Shown: positions 44,111 to 53,262, counted from the first letter of the stretch. The stretch is DNA of 64,000 bases from Acidobacteriota bacterium (GCA_028876385.1 JAGWSF010000163.1:16921-80920), one strand, 5' to 3'. Program-made: numbers and translations. The notes: generated from the sequence alone by a model not told the origin.

Positions 44111-44808
44111 GAGCTCTTCTGCTCAGCAACTCGACCAACGCCGGGTCGGAGACGCTCGGACACGCCCGGGAGGCGGTGGGGGCGACGCTGGGAGGCGCCG
44201 ACCGGCTGGTGTTCGTTCCCTACGCGCTGCACGACTGGGACGCCTACACCGACCACGTCGGGCGCGCCCTGGCCGACGTCTGCCAGGTGACCGGCGTGCA
44301 CCGGATGAGCCGCGACGAGTGGGAGCGGGCCCCGGCCATCTACGTCGGCGGCGGCAACACCTTTCGGCTCCTCGACCGGCTGCAGCGGGAGGGCCTGGTG
44401 GAGGTGATCCGCCGCCTGGTGGGCGAGGGGGTGCCGTACATGGGCGCCAGTGCCGGAAGCGTGATCGCCGGGCCGAGCATCCGCACCACCAACGACATGC
44501 CCATCGTCGAGCCGGCGTCCCTGCAGGCTCTAGGGTTCCTCGGTTTCCACCTGAACTGCCACTACCCGGATCCGCCCAGCGGGCCGCGGGTGTTCATGGG
44601 AGAGACCCGCGACGAGCGCCTGGCCGAGTTCCTGGAGGAGAACGACTCGGAAGTGGTGTGCCTCAGAGAGGGTGCCTGGCTGGAGGTGGACGGGGACCGG
44701 GTGGCTCTTGGCGGCCCCACCGGAGGGAAGCTGTTCCGCAGGGGTGCGCCGATCTCCGCCCTCAACGAGGGTGACACGGCGGCCAGCCGCCAGCGATGGT
44801 CGCTGTGA
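44107..44808 (+). CDS. pepE: Dipeptidase E (peptidase S51, alpha-aspartyl dipeptidase)
   Basis: MRALLLSNS..., GGGNTFRLL, YMGASAGS, TTNDMPIVEP. ATGA overlap with the acylase stop. Confidence 0.85.
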   Translation: MRALLLSNSTNAGSETLGHAREAVGATLGGADRLVFVPYALHDWDAYTDHVGRALADVCQVTGVHRMSRDEWERAPAIYVGGGNTFRLLDRLQREGLVEVIRRLVGEGVPYMGASAGSVIAGPSIRTTNDMPIVEPASLQALGFLGFHLNCHYPDPPSGPRVFMGETRDERLAEFLEENDSEVVCLREGAWLEVDGDRVALGGPTGGKLFRRGAPISALNEGDTAASRQRWSL

Positions 44809-44824
44809 CGGCGCTCCCCTGAGC

Positions 44825-46384
44825 GTGGTCCCCCCGCCGCGTCGGCGGCGCCGCTTTCTCGGCATCGGAGTGTGGCCCCCGATCTGGACCGCCGGCGGGC
44901 TCCTAGTGGTCGCCGCCTTGTTCCGATCCTCGCAGAACACCGGCCAGACGACCTTCTCGCTCCTCGCCCGCGGTCCGCTCGGGGCCGGGGCCGGCGCGGT
45001 CGGAGCTCTCGGCACCGTGGCCGGGGCGTCGACGGTCCTGGCCGCCGTCGTGCTCGCCGCCCGGCTCACCACCCGCGCCGCCATGGCCGCCGCGGCCGTC
45101 GGGTCGCTGCTGCTCGTCGCCGGACTGCTCCTCGCCGGCTCCGCCGGTTCGCTGGTTCAGCTCTACGTCGGCGTGGCCCTGATCGGCCTGTCCGGCGGCC
45201 TGACCCCCCCGAGCCTGGCCACGGCCATCGGGGCGGCTCCCGGCGAGGGCCGGGAGAGGCTGCTCGCTCTGTACGCGACGGTGCTCAGCGCCAGCCTGGC
45301 CGGCGGCCCGCTGCTCGAGACGGCCATCCTCGACCTGGCCCACCAGAACGTGCGGATGCCCTTTTTCCTTTTCGCCACCTTGCCCCTCGTGGCGGTGGGC
45401 CTGGGGATGAGACCCGGGCGGCGACCCGAGCCGGCTCCCACGGCCCCTTCGTCGCCCGCCCCGGCCGGTCCAGTTACCGCCGGGGGACCGGCGGCCGAGG
45501 GGGGGCGGGTGGCCGCCGGGGGGCCGGTGGACGTCGAGGGGCCGGTGGACGCGGAGGGGCCGGTGGCGGCAGGGGCCGGTCCAGTTACTGCCGGGGGGCC
45601 GGCGGGGGGAGCCCAGCCCCCCGAGGCGGCGTGGCCGGGGATATCCAGCCCCGAGGCCCGGCGCGCCATGACCTGGGCTCTCGATGCCGACGACGGCGCC
45701 GCCCTGGTGGCCGGACTGTCAGCCCCGACCTCTCAGGCGCGGCCGCCGGCCGGGGCCCCGCCGGAGGTGCCCCCGCAACCCCGATCGGCCCGGCGGAGAC
45801 ACCCGAGTCCCGGACCGGCGGTGCTGATCGGCACGCCGGGGGGCCGAGTGGCGCTGATCATTCAGCTGCTCTACAGCGTCCCTTTCGCCACCGTCACGGT
45901 CTTCGGCGCTCTCCTGGCCCGCAGCGAGTTCGGCCTCGACCCGGCGCACAGCCAGCTGGGTTTCACCAGCTTCTTCGTCATGTCCTTCGCCAGCCGGGTG
46001 GTCCTGGTGAGGCGCTCACCCATAGCGTCCAAGCTGGCCGTCTTCGCCGGCTGCATAGTCCTCACCGCCACCGGGCTGGCTCTGCTGGCCTCGGGGGGGC
46101 CGACCGCCGCCTTCTTCATAGCCATGGCCCTGCTCGGCCTGCCCCACGGGGCCATCTTTCCCCTGGCGCTGTCGCTCGTCGCGTCCTCCGCCCAACCGGA
46201 GCAGCTCGCCGCCGCCAACGCCGGCCTGTTCGCCGTGACCAGTCTGGCCGCCGCCGTCACCCCCGCCGTCCTGGGGGTAATGGCCTCGGCGTTCGGCTAC
46301 CGGGCCATGGCCGCCTCCGCTCTGGTGCCCGTCGCCGTGTTCAGCATTCTCCTCGCCACCCAGCGCCGGGGGGTCGTGGGCTGA
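44825..46384 (+). CDS. MFS-like polytopic transporter with a long repeat-containing central loop (start uncertain)
   Basis: About 11-12 hydrophobic helices in two halves separated by a roughly 150-aa Pro/Gly/Ala loop. Start candidates are GTG 44825 and GTG near 44870. Confidence 0.5.
   Translation: MVPPPRRRRRFLGIGVWPPIWTAGGLLVVAALFRSSQNTGQTTFSLLARGPLGAGAGAVGALGTVAGASTVLAAVVLAARLTTRAAMAAAAVGSLLLVAGLLLAGSAGSLVQLYVGVALIGLSGGLTPPSLATAIGAAPGEGRERLLALYATVLSASLAGGPLLETAILDLAHQNVRMPFFLFATLPLVAVGLGMRPGRRPEPAPTAPSSPAPAGPVTAGGPAAEGGRVAAGGPVDVEGPVDAEGPVAAGAGPVTAGGPAGGAQPPEAAWPGISSPEARRAMTWALDADDGAALVAGLSAPTSQARPPAGAPPEVPPQPRSARRRHPSPGPAVLIGTPGGRVALIIQLLYSVPFATVTVFGALLARSEFGLDPAHSQLGFTSFFVMSFASRVVLVRRSPIASKLAVFAGCIVLTATGLALLASGGPTAAFFIAMALLGLPHGAIFPLALSLVASSAQPEQLAAANAGLFAVTSLAAAVTPAVLGVMASAFGYRAMAASALVPVAVFSILLATQRRGVVG
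45462..45608. repeat. Nested repeats in the MFS central-loop coding region
   Basis: ggccggtccagttac(c/t)gccggggg copies about 110 bp apart flank 3 x 18 bp ggggccggtggac... units. Confidence 0.6.
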
Positions 46385-46491
46385 CCGACCGTCAGCGCCG
46401 GGGCATCGGGGGATAACCGACCGGTCGGCGCCGGGGCGTCAGGGGCTGACCGATTCGGTCGGCGCCGGGCTCGTCGAACTAGCCTGAGGGG

Positions 46492-47085
46492 ATGACCGGA
46501 GCCGACCGCGGCCGTCGACGGCTGCCGCCCCTCCGCCCCGGCGAGCTCGACGCCGATCAGCGGGTCGTGTACGACGCCATCACTTCGGGAGCCAGAGCGT
46601 CAGGCCCGCGGTATTTTCCGCTCATCGACGACGAAGGGCGCCTCCACGGTCCCTTCGACGCCATGCTGCGCTCACCGCGGGTGGGAGGCTCCCTGCAGGA
46701 TCTCGGCGCCGCGCTGCGCTACGGCACCGGTCTACCGGCCCGACTGCGCGAGCTGCTCATCCTGGCCGTTGCGGCGGCCGAGGACAGCCCCTTCGAACGC
46801 TTCGCCCACGAGGCGGTGGGGCGAGGCGTGGGGCTCAGCGAGGAAGAGCTGGCCGCCGTGCGCGCCGGCACCATCCCGACTTCAGTCGATGCGGTGGAGG
46901 ACGTGGCCCTGAGGGCCGCCCGGGCCCTCCTCCACACCGGTGACATCGAGGATGACATTTACGGGGAGGCGGTGGAGGCTCTCGGCCCGAAGGGGGTGTT
47001 CGAGATCACCACCCTCGTCGGCTACTACCGGACGCTGGCCCTGCAGCTACGGGTCTTCCGGGTGCCGGTACCCGACTCCGACTGA
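46492..47085 (+). CDS. Carboxymuconolactone-decarboxylase (AhpD-like) family protein
   Basis: LRELLILAVAAAEDSPFERFAHEAVG is typical of the CMD-family helix pair. Confidence 0.75.
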   Translation: MTGADRGRRRLPPLRPGELDADQRVVYDAITSGARASGPRYFPLIDDEGRLHGPFDAMLRSPRVGGSLQDLGAALRYGTGLPARLRELLILAVAAAEDSPFERFAHEAVGRGVGLSEEELAAVRAGTIPTSVDAVEDVALRAARALLHTGDIEDDIYGEAVEALGPKGVFEITTLVGYYRTLALQLRVFRVPVPDSD

Positions 47086-47146
47086 AACTGAGCGGGGGCC
47101 CCGGTCAGGCGCCCGACTCCGACTGAGCGGGGGCCCCTGTTAGGCG
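47071..47146. repeat. Imperfect tandem duplication (41 + 35 bp) of the whole inter-stop segment between convergent genes
   Basis: cccgactccgactga..gagcgggggcccc.gt.aggcg appears twice. Each copy carries the plus-gene stop context (PDSD*) and the minus-gene stop context. Confidence 0.75.
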
Positions 47147-48000
47147 CCCGGCGGGGGCCCGACGATCTCGGTGACCAGCTCGCCGACGCCGCCCACCCGG
47201 CTGAGCAGGCGGTCGCCGGGCTGCAGGTACACCGGCGGGTCCCGGCGGTTGCCGACCCCGGCCGGGGTGCCGGTGAACACCAGATCGCCGGGTAGGAGCG
47301 GGCACACCGCCGACAGGCGGGCTACGAGCTGGGGCACCGACCAGATGAGCTGCGAGGTGCGGGCCTGCTGCATCACCTCGCCGTTGACCGAGCACTCGAT
47401 GGGCAGGTCGTCGCGGTCGTCGAGGTCCTCGGGGTCGACCAGCCACGGGCCGGTGGGGCCGAAACCGGGGAAGGACTTGCCCAGGCTCCACTGCGGTGAG
47501 GCCCCGGCGAGCTGCACGTCTCGCGCCGAGAGGTCCTGGCCGACCATCACCCCGGCGACGTGATCCCATCCCCGTTCCTCCTCGACACGCTCGGCGCGAC
47601 GGCCGACGGCCACGACCAGCTCCACCTCCCAGTCCAGGCGGGGGCTGACGGCGGCCACCCGGCTCACCGGGCCGGCCAGGCAGCTCGGGAACTTGGTGAA
47701 CACCTGCGGCAGGCCCGACGTGTCGTAGCCCGCCTCGGCGGCGTGGGCCCGGTAGTTGAGACCGATGGCGAAGACCTGGCGGGGCTCGGGAACCGGCGCC
47801 CCGAGGCGGTCGGGGGAGGGGGCGCCGTCGCCGTTCGGGGCCAGACCGCGGGCCCACTCCCGGAAGCGGTCCCAGTCGTCGAACAGCGTTCGGGGGTCGG
47901 GCCCCCATCGGCCGGCGCTGCTGCGAGCCACGTCGGCGTGGCCCGACTCCCACATCACGATGGCCCGGCCCTCGAGAGTGGCGAGGCGGGGCCCGCTCAT
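47140..48000 (-). CDS. Fumarylacetoacetate hydrolase (FAH) family protein
   Basis: AIGLNYRAHAAE, WEVELVVAVG, GKSFPGFGPTGPW, LLPGDLVFTGTPAGVG. Start ATG 48000 (ATGA overlap). Confidence 0.85.
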   Translation of the reverse strand: MSGPRLATLEGRAIVMWESGHADVARSSAGRWGPDPRTLFDDWDRFREWARGLAPNGDGAPSPDRLGAPVPEPRQVFAIGLNYRAHAAEAGYDTSGLPQVFTKFPSCLAGPVSRVAAVSPRLDWEVELVVAVGRRAERVEEERGWDHVAGVMVGQDLSARDVQLAGASPQWSLGKSFPGFGPTGPWLVDPEDLDDRDDLPIECSVNGEVMQQARTSQLIWSVPQLVARLSAVCPLLPGDLVFTGTPAGVGNRRDPPVYLQPGDRLLSRVGGVGELVTEIVGPPPGA

Positions 48001-48893
48001 ACCAGCGTCCTTCCGCCGTCCACGTACAGGACATGGCCGGTGACGAAACGGGCCTGCGAGGAGGAGAGGAACAGGACCGGGCCGGTCACCTCCTCGGGGC
48101 TGCCGAGCCGCCCGGCCGGCACCATGCTCTCGAGACGCCCCCGGTTGCCGTCGCGCTCGAGGTAGGCGCGCGTCAGGTCGGTCTCGACGTACCCGGGGGC
48201 CACGGCGTTGACGGTGACCCCCCGGCCGGCCCACTCGGCGGCCATCACCCGCATCATCTGGTTGATGGCGCCTTTGCTGGCGGCGTACGGGGCGTGGTCC
48301 TTGTGGGCCAGCAGGCCCGACACCGACGAGAAGTACACGATCCGCCCACTGCCCTGCTCGACCATCCTCCGACCGGCTTCCTGGCCGAGCAGCCAGCCGG
48401 TGGTGAGGTTGATCTCGATGGTTCGCGCCCATTCGGAGGTGTCGGTGTCGAGCACCGGCTTGCGGGTGTTGATCCCCACGGCGTGGACGCAGACATCGAT
48501 GCCGCCCCAGCGTTCGACCATGGCGTCGATGGTGGAGCGCACCGCCTCGGGGCGGCTCAGATCGGCGACGGTGGCCACCGCCCGATCTGCGGCGGGCCGG
48601 TCGGGGTCCGGCCGGTCGGGGTCGGGCCTGGCGGGGTCGGGACGATCCGGGACGCCAGTGCCGACCGCGGCCCCGGCCCGGGCCGAGCCGGGCCGATCCG
48701 GGACGCCAGTGCCGACCGCCGCGGCCGCCCGGTCGGCGTCGGCGTCGACCACCTCCACCAGGGCTCCGGCCCGCAGGAAGGCCGCGGCGCACGCCGCGCC
48801 GAGTCCTCCGGCGCCGGCCACGAGCACCCGGGCCCCCCGCAGGCCGAGCCAGTCTTCGGGGTCGGTGAGGGAATCGGTCGTGGACTGCATCAT
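47997..48893 (-). CDS. SDR-family oxidoreductase carrying a repeat-encoded insertion
   Basis: VLVAGAGGLGAACA, YAASKGA, PGYVETD. Start at MMQSTTD (48893). Confidence 0.85.
   Translation of the reverse strand: MMQSTTDSLTDPEDWLGLRGARVLVAGAGGLGAACAAAFLRAGALVEVVDADADRAAAAVGTGVPDRPGSARAGAAVGTGVPDRPDPARPDPDRPDPDRPAADRAVATVADLSRPEAVRSTIDAMVERWGGIDVCVHAVGINTRKPVLDTDTSEWARTIEINLTTGWLLGQEAGRRMVEQGSGRIVYFSSVSGLLAHKDHAPYAASKGAINQMMRVMAAEWAGRGVTVNAVAPGYVETDLTRAYLERDGNRGRLESMVPAGRLGSPEEVTGPVLFLSSSQARFVTGHVLYVDGGRTLV
48596..48720. repeat. 15-bp and 51-bp tandem repeats inside the SDR CDS
   Basis: ccggtcggggtccgg x3 (degenerate), and gatccgggacgccagtgccgaccgc at 48644 and 48695. They encode VGTGVPDRP and PDRPD units. 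Confidence 0.8.
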
Positions 48894-48913
48894 CTCGCTT
48901 TCGGTGAGTCGGT

Positions 48914-49762
48914 TCAGAGGGCGGGGCCGCCCATGCGCCGGGAGATCTCCCGGCTGGCGGCCAACAACGGAGGCAGGAGGCGGTCCACGAGCTGACGGCT
49001 GCCGTACTCGGCGCTCGGGACGGCCACGTTCAACGCGGCGGCCACGCTGCCGCCGGCCTGGCGGATGGGTGCGGCTATGGAGCTGAGCCCGGGTATCGCC
49101 TCGTCGCGCTGCACCAGGTAGCCGTCCCGCCGGGCCGCCGCGAGCTGGGCCCGGAGGTCGTCGAGGGTCCGCACGGCGCGCGGCCCCCACGTCCCCTCGA
49201 AGCTGCGGTCGTCGATGCGGGCGGTCAACTCGGCGTCGCTCATGTGGGCCAGGATCACCTTGCCGATGGAGCTGAACACCGCCGGCACGGTCGAACCGAC
49301 CCGGATGTCGGCGGCGAGGATGGTGTTGGTGCGGGGGAGCCGGGCGACGAAGAGCACCTGGTCGTGGTAGAGCACCCCCAGATTGACCGTCTCGCCGGTG
49401 GTGGCCGCCAGCTCGCGCATGATGGCGGCCGAGGTCTGGACCACGTCGAGGCCCTGCAGGGCGGCGAAGCCCAGGGCCAGGACACCGGTACCGGGCCGGA
49501 CCTTCCCGTCGACGGTGCGCTCCAGGTAACGCTCCTCCTCCAGGGTCGCCACCAGCCGGAACACCGTCGGCATGGGGATGCCGCTGATGTCCACCAGCTC
49601 CTTGACCGCCAGCGCCGGCCTTTCGGCGCTGAAGTAGGACAACAAGCGCAGCCCTTTGGCCAGGGCCTCGACCCGATAGGAGCGCCCGGTGCGGGCCCCG
49701 TCGGTCGAAGCCGCCTCGTCGGCCATTGCGGGCATGCTAGCGGCGGCCCGGTCGGCGACCAC
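48914..49762 (-). CDS. IclR-family transcriptional regulator
   Basis: LAKGLRLLSYF...LAVKELVDISGIPMPTVFRLVATLEE plus an IclR effector domain. Alternative starts at 49735 and 49726. Confidence 0.85.
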   Translation of the reverse strand: MVADRAAASMPAMADEAASTDGARTGRSYRVEALAKGLRLLSYFSAERPALAVKELVDISGIPMPTVFRLVATLEEERYLERTVDGKVRPGTGVLALGFAALQGLDVVQTSAAIMRELAATTGETVNLGVLYHDQVLFVARLPRTNTILAADIRVGSTVPAVFSSIGKVILAHMSDAELTARIDDRSFEGTWGPRAVRTLDDLRAQLAAARRDGYLVQRDEAIPGLSSIAAPIRQAGGSVAAALNVAVPSAEYGSRQLVDRLLPPLLAASREISRRMGGPAL

Positions 49763-49768
49763 GGGCGG

Positions 49769-50587
49769 CTAGGCCCCGATCATGCTGTAGCCGCCGTCGC
49801 ACATGATGAAGTTGCCGGTCATGTGGGACGCGTCGTCGGTGGCCAGCCACAGCGCCGCCGCGGCCAACTCCTCGGGGGGCGGGACCCGCTGCATCGGGGT
49901 CTGGGACAGGACCCTCTCGCGCCGCCCGTTGTTCCAGTCCTCGCGCGTCACCGTCGACTCGGTCTCCATGAACCCCGGGCCGAAAGCGTTGACCCTCACG
50001 GTCGGGGCGAAAGCGGCGGCGTAGGACTTGGTCAGACCCAGCATCCCGTACTTGCCGGCGGCGTACTGGGGGGCCCGGGGGCTGCCCCGCACCACGACGG
50101 TGGAGCCGATGTTGACGATGCAGCCCCGGCCCCGGTCGAGCATGCGCAGGCCGTGCTCGTGGATCATCAGCATCGTGCCTTTGATGTCCACGGCCAGGAC
50201 CCGGTCCACGACGGCCTCGTCGATGTCCCGCCACGACATCTGGTCGGTGGCGATGTCACCGACATTGTTGATGAGCACGTCGAGGCCGCCGGTGAGGTCC
50301 CAGACCTGCTCGGCCATGGCCCGGATCTCGGCCCAGCTCTTTATGTCGGCCTGCACCACGGCGGCCTGGCGGCCGAGGGCCTCGACCCCCGCCGCCGTCC
50401 GGCGGGCTCCCTGCTCCGACGAGTTGTAGTGCACCACCACGTTGGCCCCCTCGGCCGCGGCGCGCAGCGCCAGGGTGGCGCCGAAACCGGTCCCGGCCCC
50501 GGTGACCAGCACCCACTTGCCTTCGAAGCGGGGGAACACCTTCTGGGGGAACGACGCCTGGCGGGGCGACTCCTCGATGGTCGTCAT
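49769..50587 (-). CDS. SDR-family oxidoreductase
   Basis: VLVTGAGTGFGA, NNVG, YAAGKYG. Start at MTTIEE (50587) with a GAGAGGA RBS. Confidence 0.85.
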   Translation of the reverse strand: MTTIEESPRQASFPQKVFPRFEGKWVLVTGAGTGFGATLALRAAAEGANVVVHYNSSEQGARRTAAGVEALGRQAAVVQADIKSWAEIRAMAEQVWDLTGGLDVLINNVGDIATDQMSWRDIDEAVVDRVLAVDIKGTMLMIHEHGLRMLDRGRGCIVNIGSTVVVRGSPRAPQYAAGKYGMLGLTKSYAAAFAPTVRVNAFGPGFMETESTVTREDWNNGRRERVLSQTPMQRVPPPEELAAAALWLATDDASHMTGNFIMCDGGYSMIGA

Positions 50588-50636
50588 CTGCTCCAAATCC
50601 TCTCTGATGTCCGTTGGTTGGTCCGGTGCGGGATGG

Positions 50637-51509
50637 TCACAGCCACTCGTCACCGGTCGGGGCCGGCGTGTCGTGGGCGTCCTCCCAGGCGATCACCGGG
50701 TTGCGCAGCACGCCGAGCTTCTCGATCTGCGCCTCGACCACGTCACCGGGCTTCAGGTAGTTGGCGAAGGGATCGGGGGTGCTGGCCGCCACCCCGGCGA
50801 TGGTCCCGGTGGTGAGCAGGTCGCCGGCCGAGTAGACCTGCGGCGAGTGGTAGGCGACCAGCTGGGGGATCGACACCGACATCCGGCTGGTGTTGGACTT
50901 CTGGCGTACCTGGCCGTTGACCCGCAGCTCCATGTCCAGGTCGTGGGGGTCACCGACCTCGTCGGCGGTGACCACATAGGGGCCGAGCGGGCAGAAGGTA
51001 TCGATGGCCTTGGAGAAGGAGAAGACGCCCGATTCCATCTCCCGGCGCTGGATGTCGCGGGCCGTGACGTCGTTGAAGATGAGGTACCCGCCGATGTGCT
51101 CGACGGCCTGCTCGGCCGAGAAGAACTTGCCGGCCTTGCCGATCACGATGGCCATCTCGAGCTCGTAGTCGAGTTCCTCGGTGAGCTTGCCGGGGTAGAC
51201 GATGGGATCGTCGGGGCCGATGATGGCGTCGACGTTCTGGAAGAAGACGATGCCTTTGTTGACCGGGTGGGACCAGTTGACCCGGGCCAGGTCCTCGTGG
51301 TGTTCCCGGAAGTTGCCGGCGGTGTGGAAGAACTTCTTCGGGACGATGGGGGCCCGCAGTCGGGCCTGCGCCAGGGGCACCACCTCGCCGGTCTCACCGA
51401 CCCGTCCCTCGAGTTCGAACCAGGCCCGCACCGACGGGCAGTCCAGCTCGACGATCTCGCCGTCCTCGAGGCGGCCGACCCGCCCGGCGTCAAAAGTGAC
51501 CAGTTTCAT
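50637..51509 (-). CDS. FAH-family hydrolase/hydratase
   Basis: LDYELEMAIVIGK, FSFSKAIDTFCPLGP, GDLLTTGTIAGV. Confidence 0.85.
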   Translation of the reverse strand: MKLVTFDAGRVGRLEDGEIVELDCPSVRAWFELEGRVGETGEVVPLAQARLRAPIVPKKFFHTAGNFREHHEDLARVNWSHPVNKGIVFFQNVDAIIGPDDPIVYPGKLTEELDYELEMAIVIGKAGKFFSAEQAVEHIGGYLIFNDVTARDIQRREMESGVFSFSKAIDTFCPLGPYVVTADEVGDPHDLDMELRVNGQVRQKSNTSRMSVSIPQLVAYHSPQVYSAGDLLTTGTIAGVAASTPDPFANYLKPGDVVEAQIEKLGVLRNPVIAWEDAHDTPAPTGDEWL

Positions 51510-51537
51510 GACAGTGAAGTTCCTTTCATGGCGGCTG

Positions 51538-53262
51538 TCAGGGATTGAAGTAGTCCTCGTCGGTCGTGGTGACCTCGAGGAGCAGGGGCGCGGTGGCGTG
51601 GCGGAGGGCCGGCACGACGGCGTCGAGGGCCGCGGTCAGTTCGGCCGGCGAGCAAATCTGCTGCGCCGGGCAGCCCAGCCCCCGCGCCAGGTCGGCCACC
51701 GCCACTTCGGGGAAGGCGGGCCACGGTCCGCGATGGCCGCGGCCTTCGGCGAGTCGGTCCATGACGGCGTAGCGCCCGTTGGCCAGTACCACGAACAGCA
51801 CCCCCACGCCGTAGTGGGCGGCGGTCCACAGGGCCTGGATGGCATACAGGGAGGAGCCGTCCCCCACCACCGCCACCACCGGCCGGTCGGGACGGGCCAG
51901 GCGCAGCCCCACCGCGGCGGGCAGGGCGAAGCCGAGTCCCCCCATGGCCGCGCTGAGGAAGCCGAGGGGGCGGCGGGCCGGCAGCAGGCGGTGCAGGTCC
52001 GGGCGACTCGAAGGGGTCTCCTCGACCACGATGGTGTCGGGATCGATGCGGGCGGCCAGGGCGGCGAACACCTGCCGGGGCCGCAGCCCCCCGCCGGGCC
52101 CTACCCCATCGAGGGCGTCGGTGGCGTCGGTGGCGTCGAGGGCGGGCGCGGCGGGCGCCGAGAGCGGAGCGGGAGGCCGGGCCGGGCCCGTTGAGTTCGG
52201 GGCGGGGGCCGACAGCGGAGCGGGGGCCGGATCAGGGCGAGGCGGGGCGGAGACCGGCGGGCCGGCGGGGGGCGGGGCGGGGCGGGCCCCGACCGTCTGG
52301 GCCAGAGCGGAGCAGATGGCGGCGATAGGGCCGACCAGAGCCAGGTCGACGGGGCTGTGGTGGGCCAGGTCGGGGTCGTCTACGACCATGGCCAGGCGCG
52401 TCGCCGGCTCCACCAGCGGTCCGTCCTCGTAGGGGTACTGACGGAAGGCCGGGGCGCCGATGACCACCACCAGGTCGTGGGGAGCGAGGACCCGCCGCAG
52501 CCGGTCCCGGCCGGCCGGCAGGTGCCCGGCGAAGAGGGGATGGTCCTGGGGGAAGCCGGCCCTGGCCCCGAAGGCCTCCTGCCACACCGGGGCCCCGAGA
52601 CGCTCGGCCAGGGCCACCGTGGCCGCCCAGGCGGCCTCGCTGTCGGCATCGGCGCCCACCACCACCGCCGGAGCCGAGGACCCGTCGATCATTTCGGCTA
52701 GGCGGCCGACCCCGCCCGGGTCGGCGGCGGCGACGGCGAGGCTGGTACGGGCCGACACCAACGGCCCGGCGGGGGCGTCCCAGTCGTCCATCGGCACGAT
52801 GACCACGGCCGGACCCCGCCGGCGGCGGGCCTCGTGCCAGGCCCGGTCGACCGCCCCCGGCACATCGCCCGGGCGGACCGGCTGGGTCGACCAGACGGGG
52901 TAGTCACCGGCCAGCCCGTCGAGATCCCCGGCGAGGAACGGGCGCTGGGCCAGATGGCGGCGGTCCTGCTGGCCGACGAGCACGACCAGCGGCGCCCGGT
53001 TGACGCGGGCGGTGGCGATGGCCCCGACGGCGTTGCCGAAGCCGGCGGTGGTGTGCAGCAGAGCCAGGGCCGGGCGCTCGCTGGCCAGGGCGTAGCCGGT
53101 GGCGGTCCCGATGACCGACGCCTCGTGAAGGCCGAGCACGAAGCGGATCGGTGCCGCCGGACGGCACAGGAGAGGTATCTCCGTGGAGCCCGGATTGGCG
53201 AACATGGTGTCCATGCCCCGGCGGTCACACACCGCCAAAGTGGCCTCGGCGACGGTGGTCAA
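51538..53262 (-). CDS. mdlC: Benzoylformate-decarboxylase-like thiamine-diphosphate enzyme
   Basis: GMDTMFANPGSTEIPLL..RFVLGLHEASVIGTATGYALAS..LLHTTAGFGNAVGAI..LVVLVGQQ parallels P. putida BFD as I recall it. GDGS ThDP motif in the C-terminal domain. TTG start at 53262 (TTGA overlap). Confidence 0.8.
   Translation of the reverse strand: MTTVAEATLAVCDRRGMDTMFANPGSTEIPLLCRPAAPIRFVLGLHEASVIGTATGYALASERPALALLHTTAGFGNAVGAIATARVNRAPLVVLVGQQDRRHLAQRPFLAGDLDGLAGDYPVWSTQPVRPGDVPGAVDRAWHEARRRRGPAVVIVPMDDWDAPAGPLVSARTSLAVAAADPGGVGRLAEMIDGSSAPAVVVGADADSEAAWAATVALAERLGAPVWQEAFGARAGFPQDHPLFAGHLPAGRDRLRRVLAPHDLVVVIGAPAFRQYPYEDGPLVEPATRLAMVVDDPDLAHHSPVDLALVGPIAAICSALAQTVGARPAPPPAGPPVSAPPRPDPAPAPLSAPAPNSTGPARPPAPLSAPAAPALDATDATDALDGVGPGGGLRPRQVFAALAARIDPDTIVVEETPSSRPDLHRLLPARRPLGFLSAAMGGLGFALPAAVGLRLARPDRPVVAVVGDGSSLYAIQALWTAAHYGVGVLFVVLANGRYAVMDRLAEGRGHRGPWPAFPEVAVADLARGLGCPAQQICSPAELTAALDAVVPALRHATAPLLLEVTTTDEDYFNP
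52114..52232. repeat. 3 x 9-bp and 2 x 51-bp tandem repeats inside the ThDP-enzyme CDS
   Basis: ggcgtcggt x3 (52114..52140). gcggg.gccga.agcggagcggg.ggccgg at 52151 and 52202. They encode DATDATDA and PAPLSAPA units in the linker between the middle and PP domains. Confidence 0.8.
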
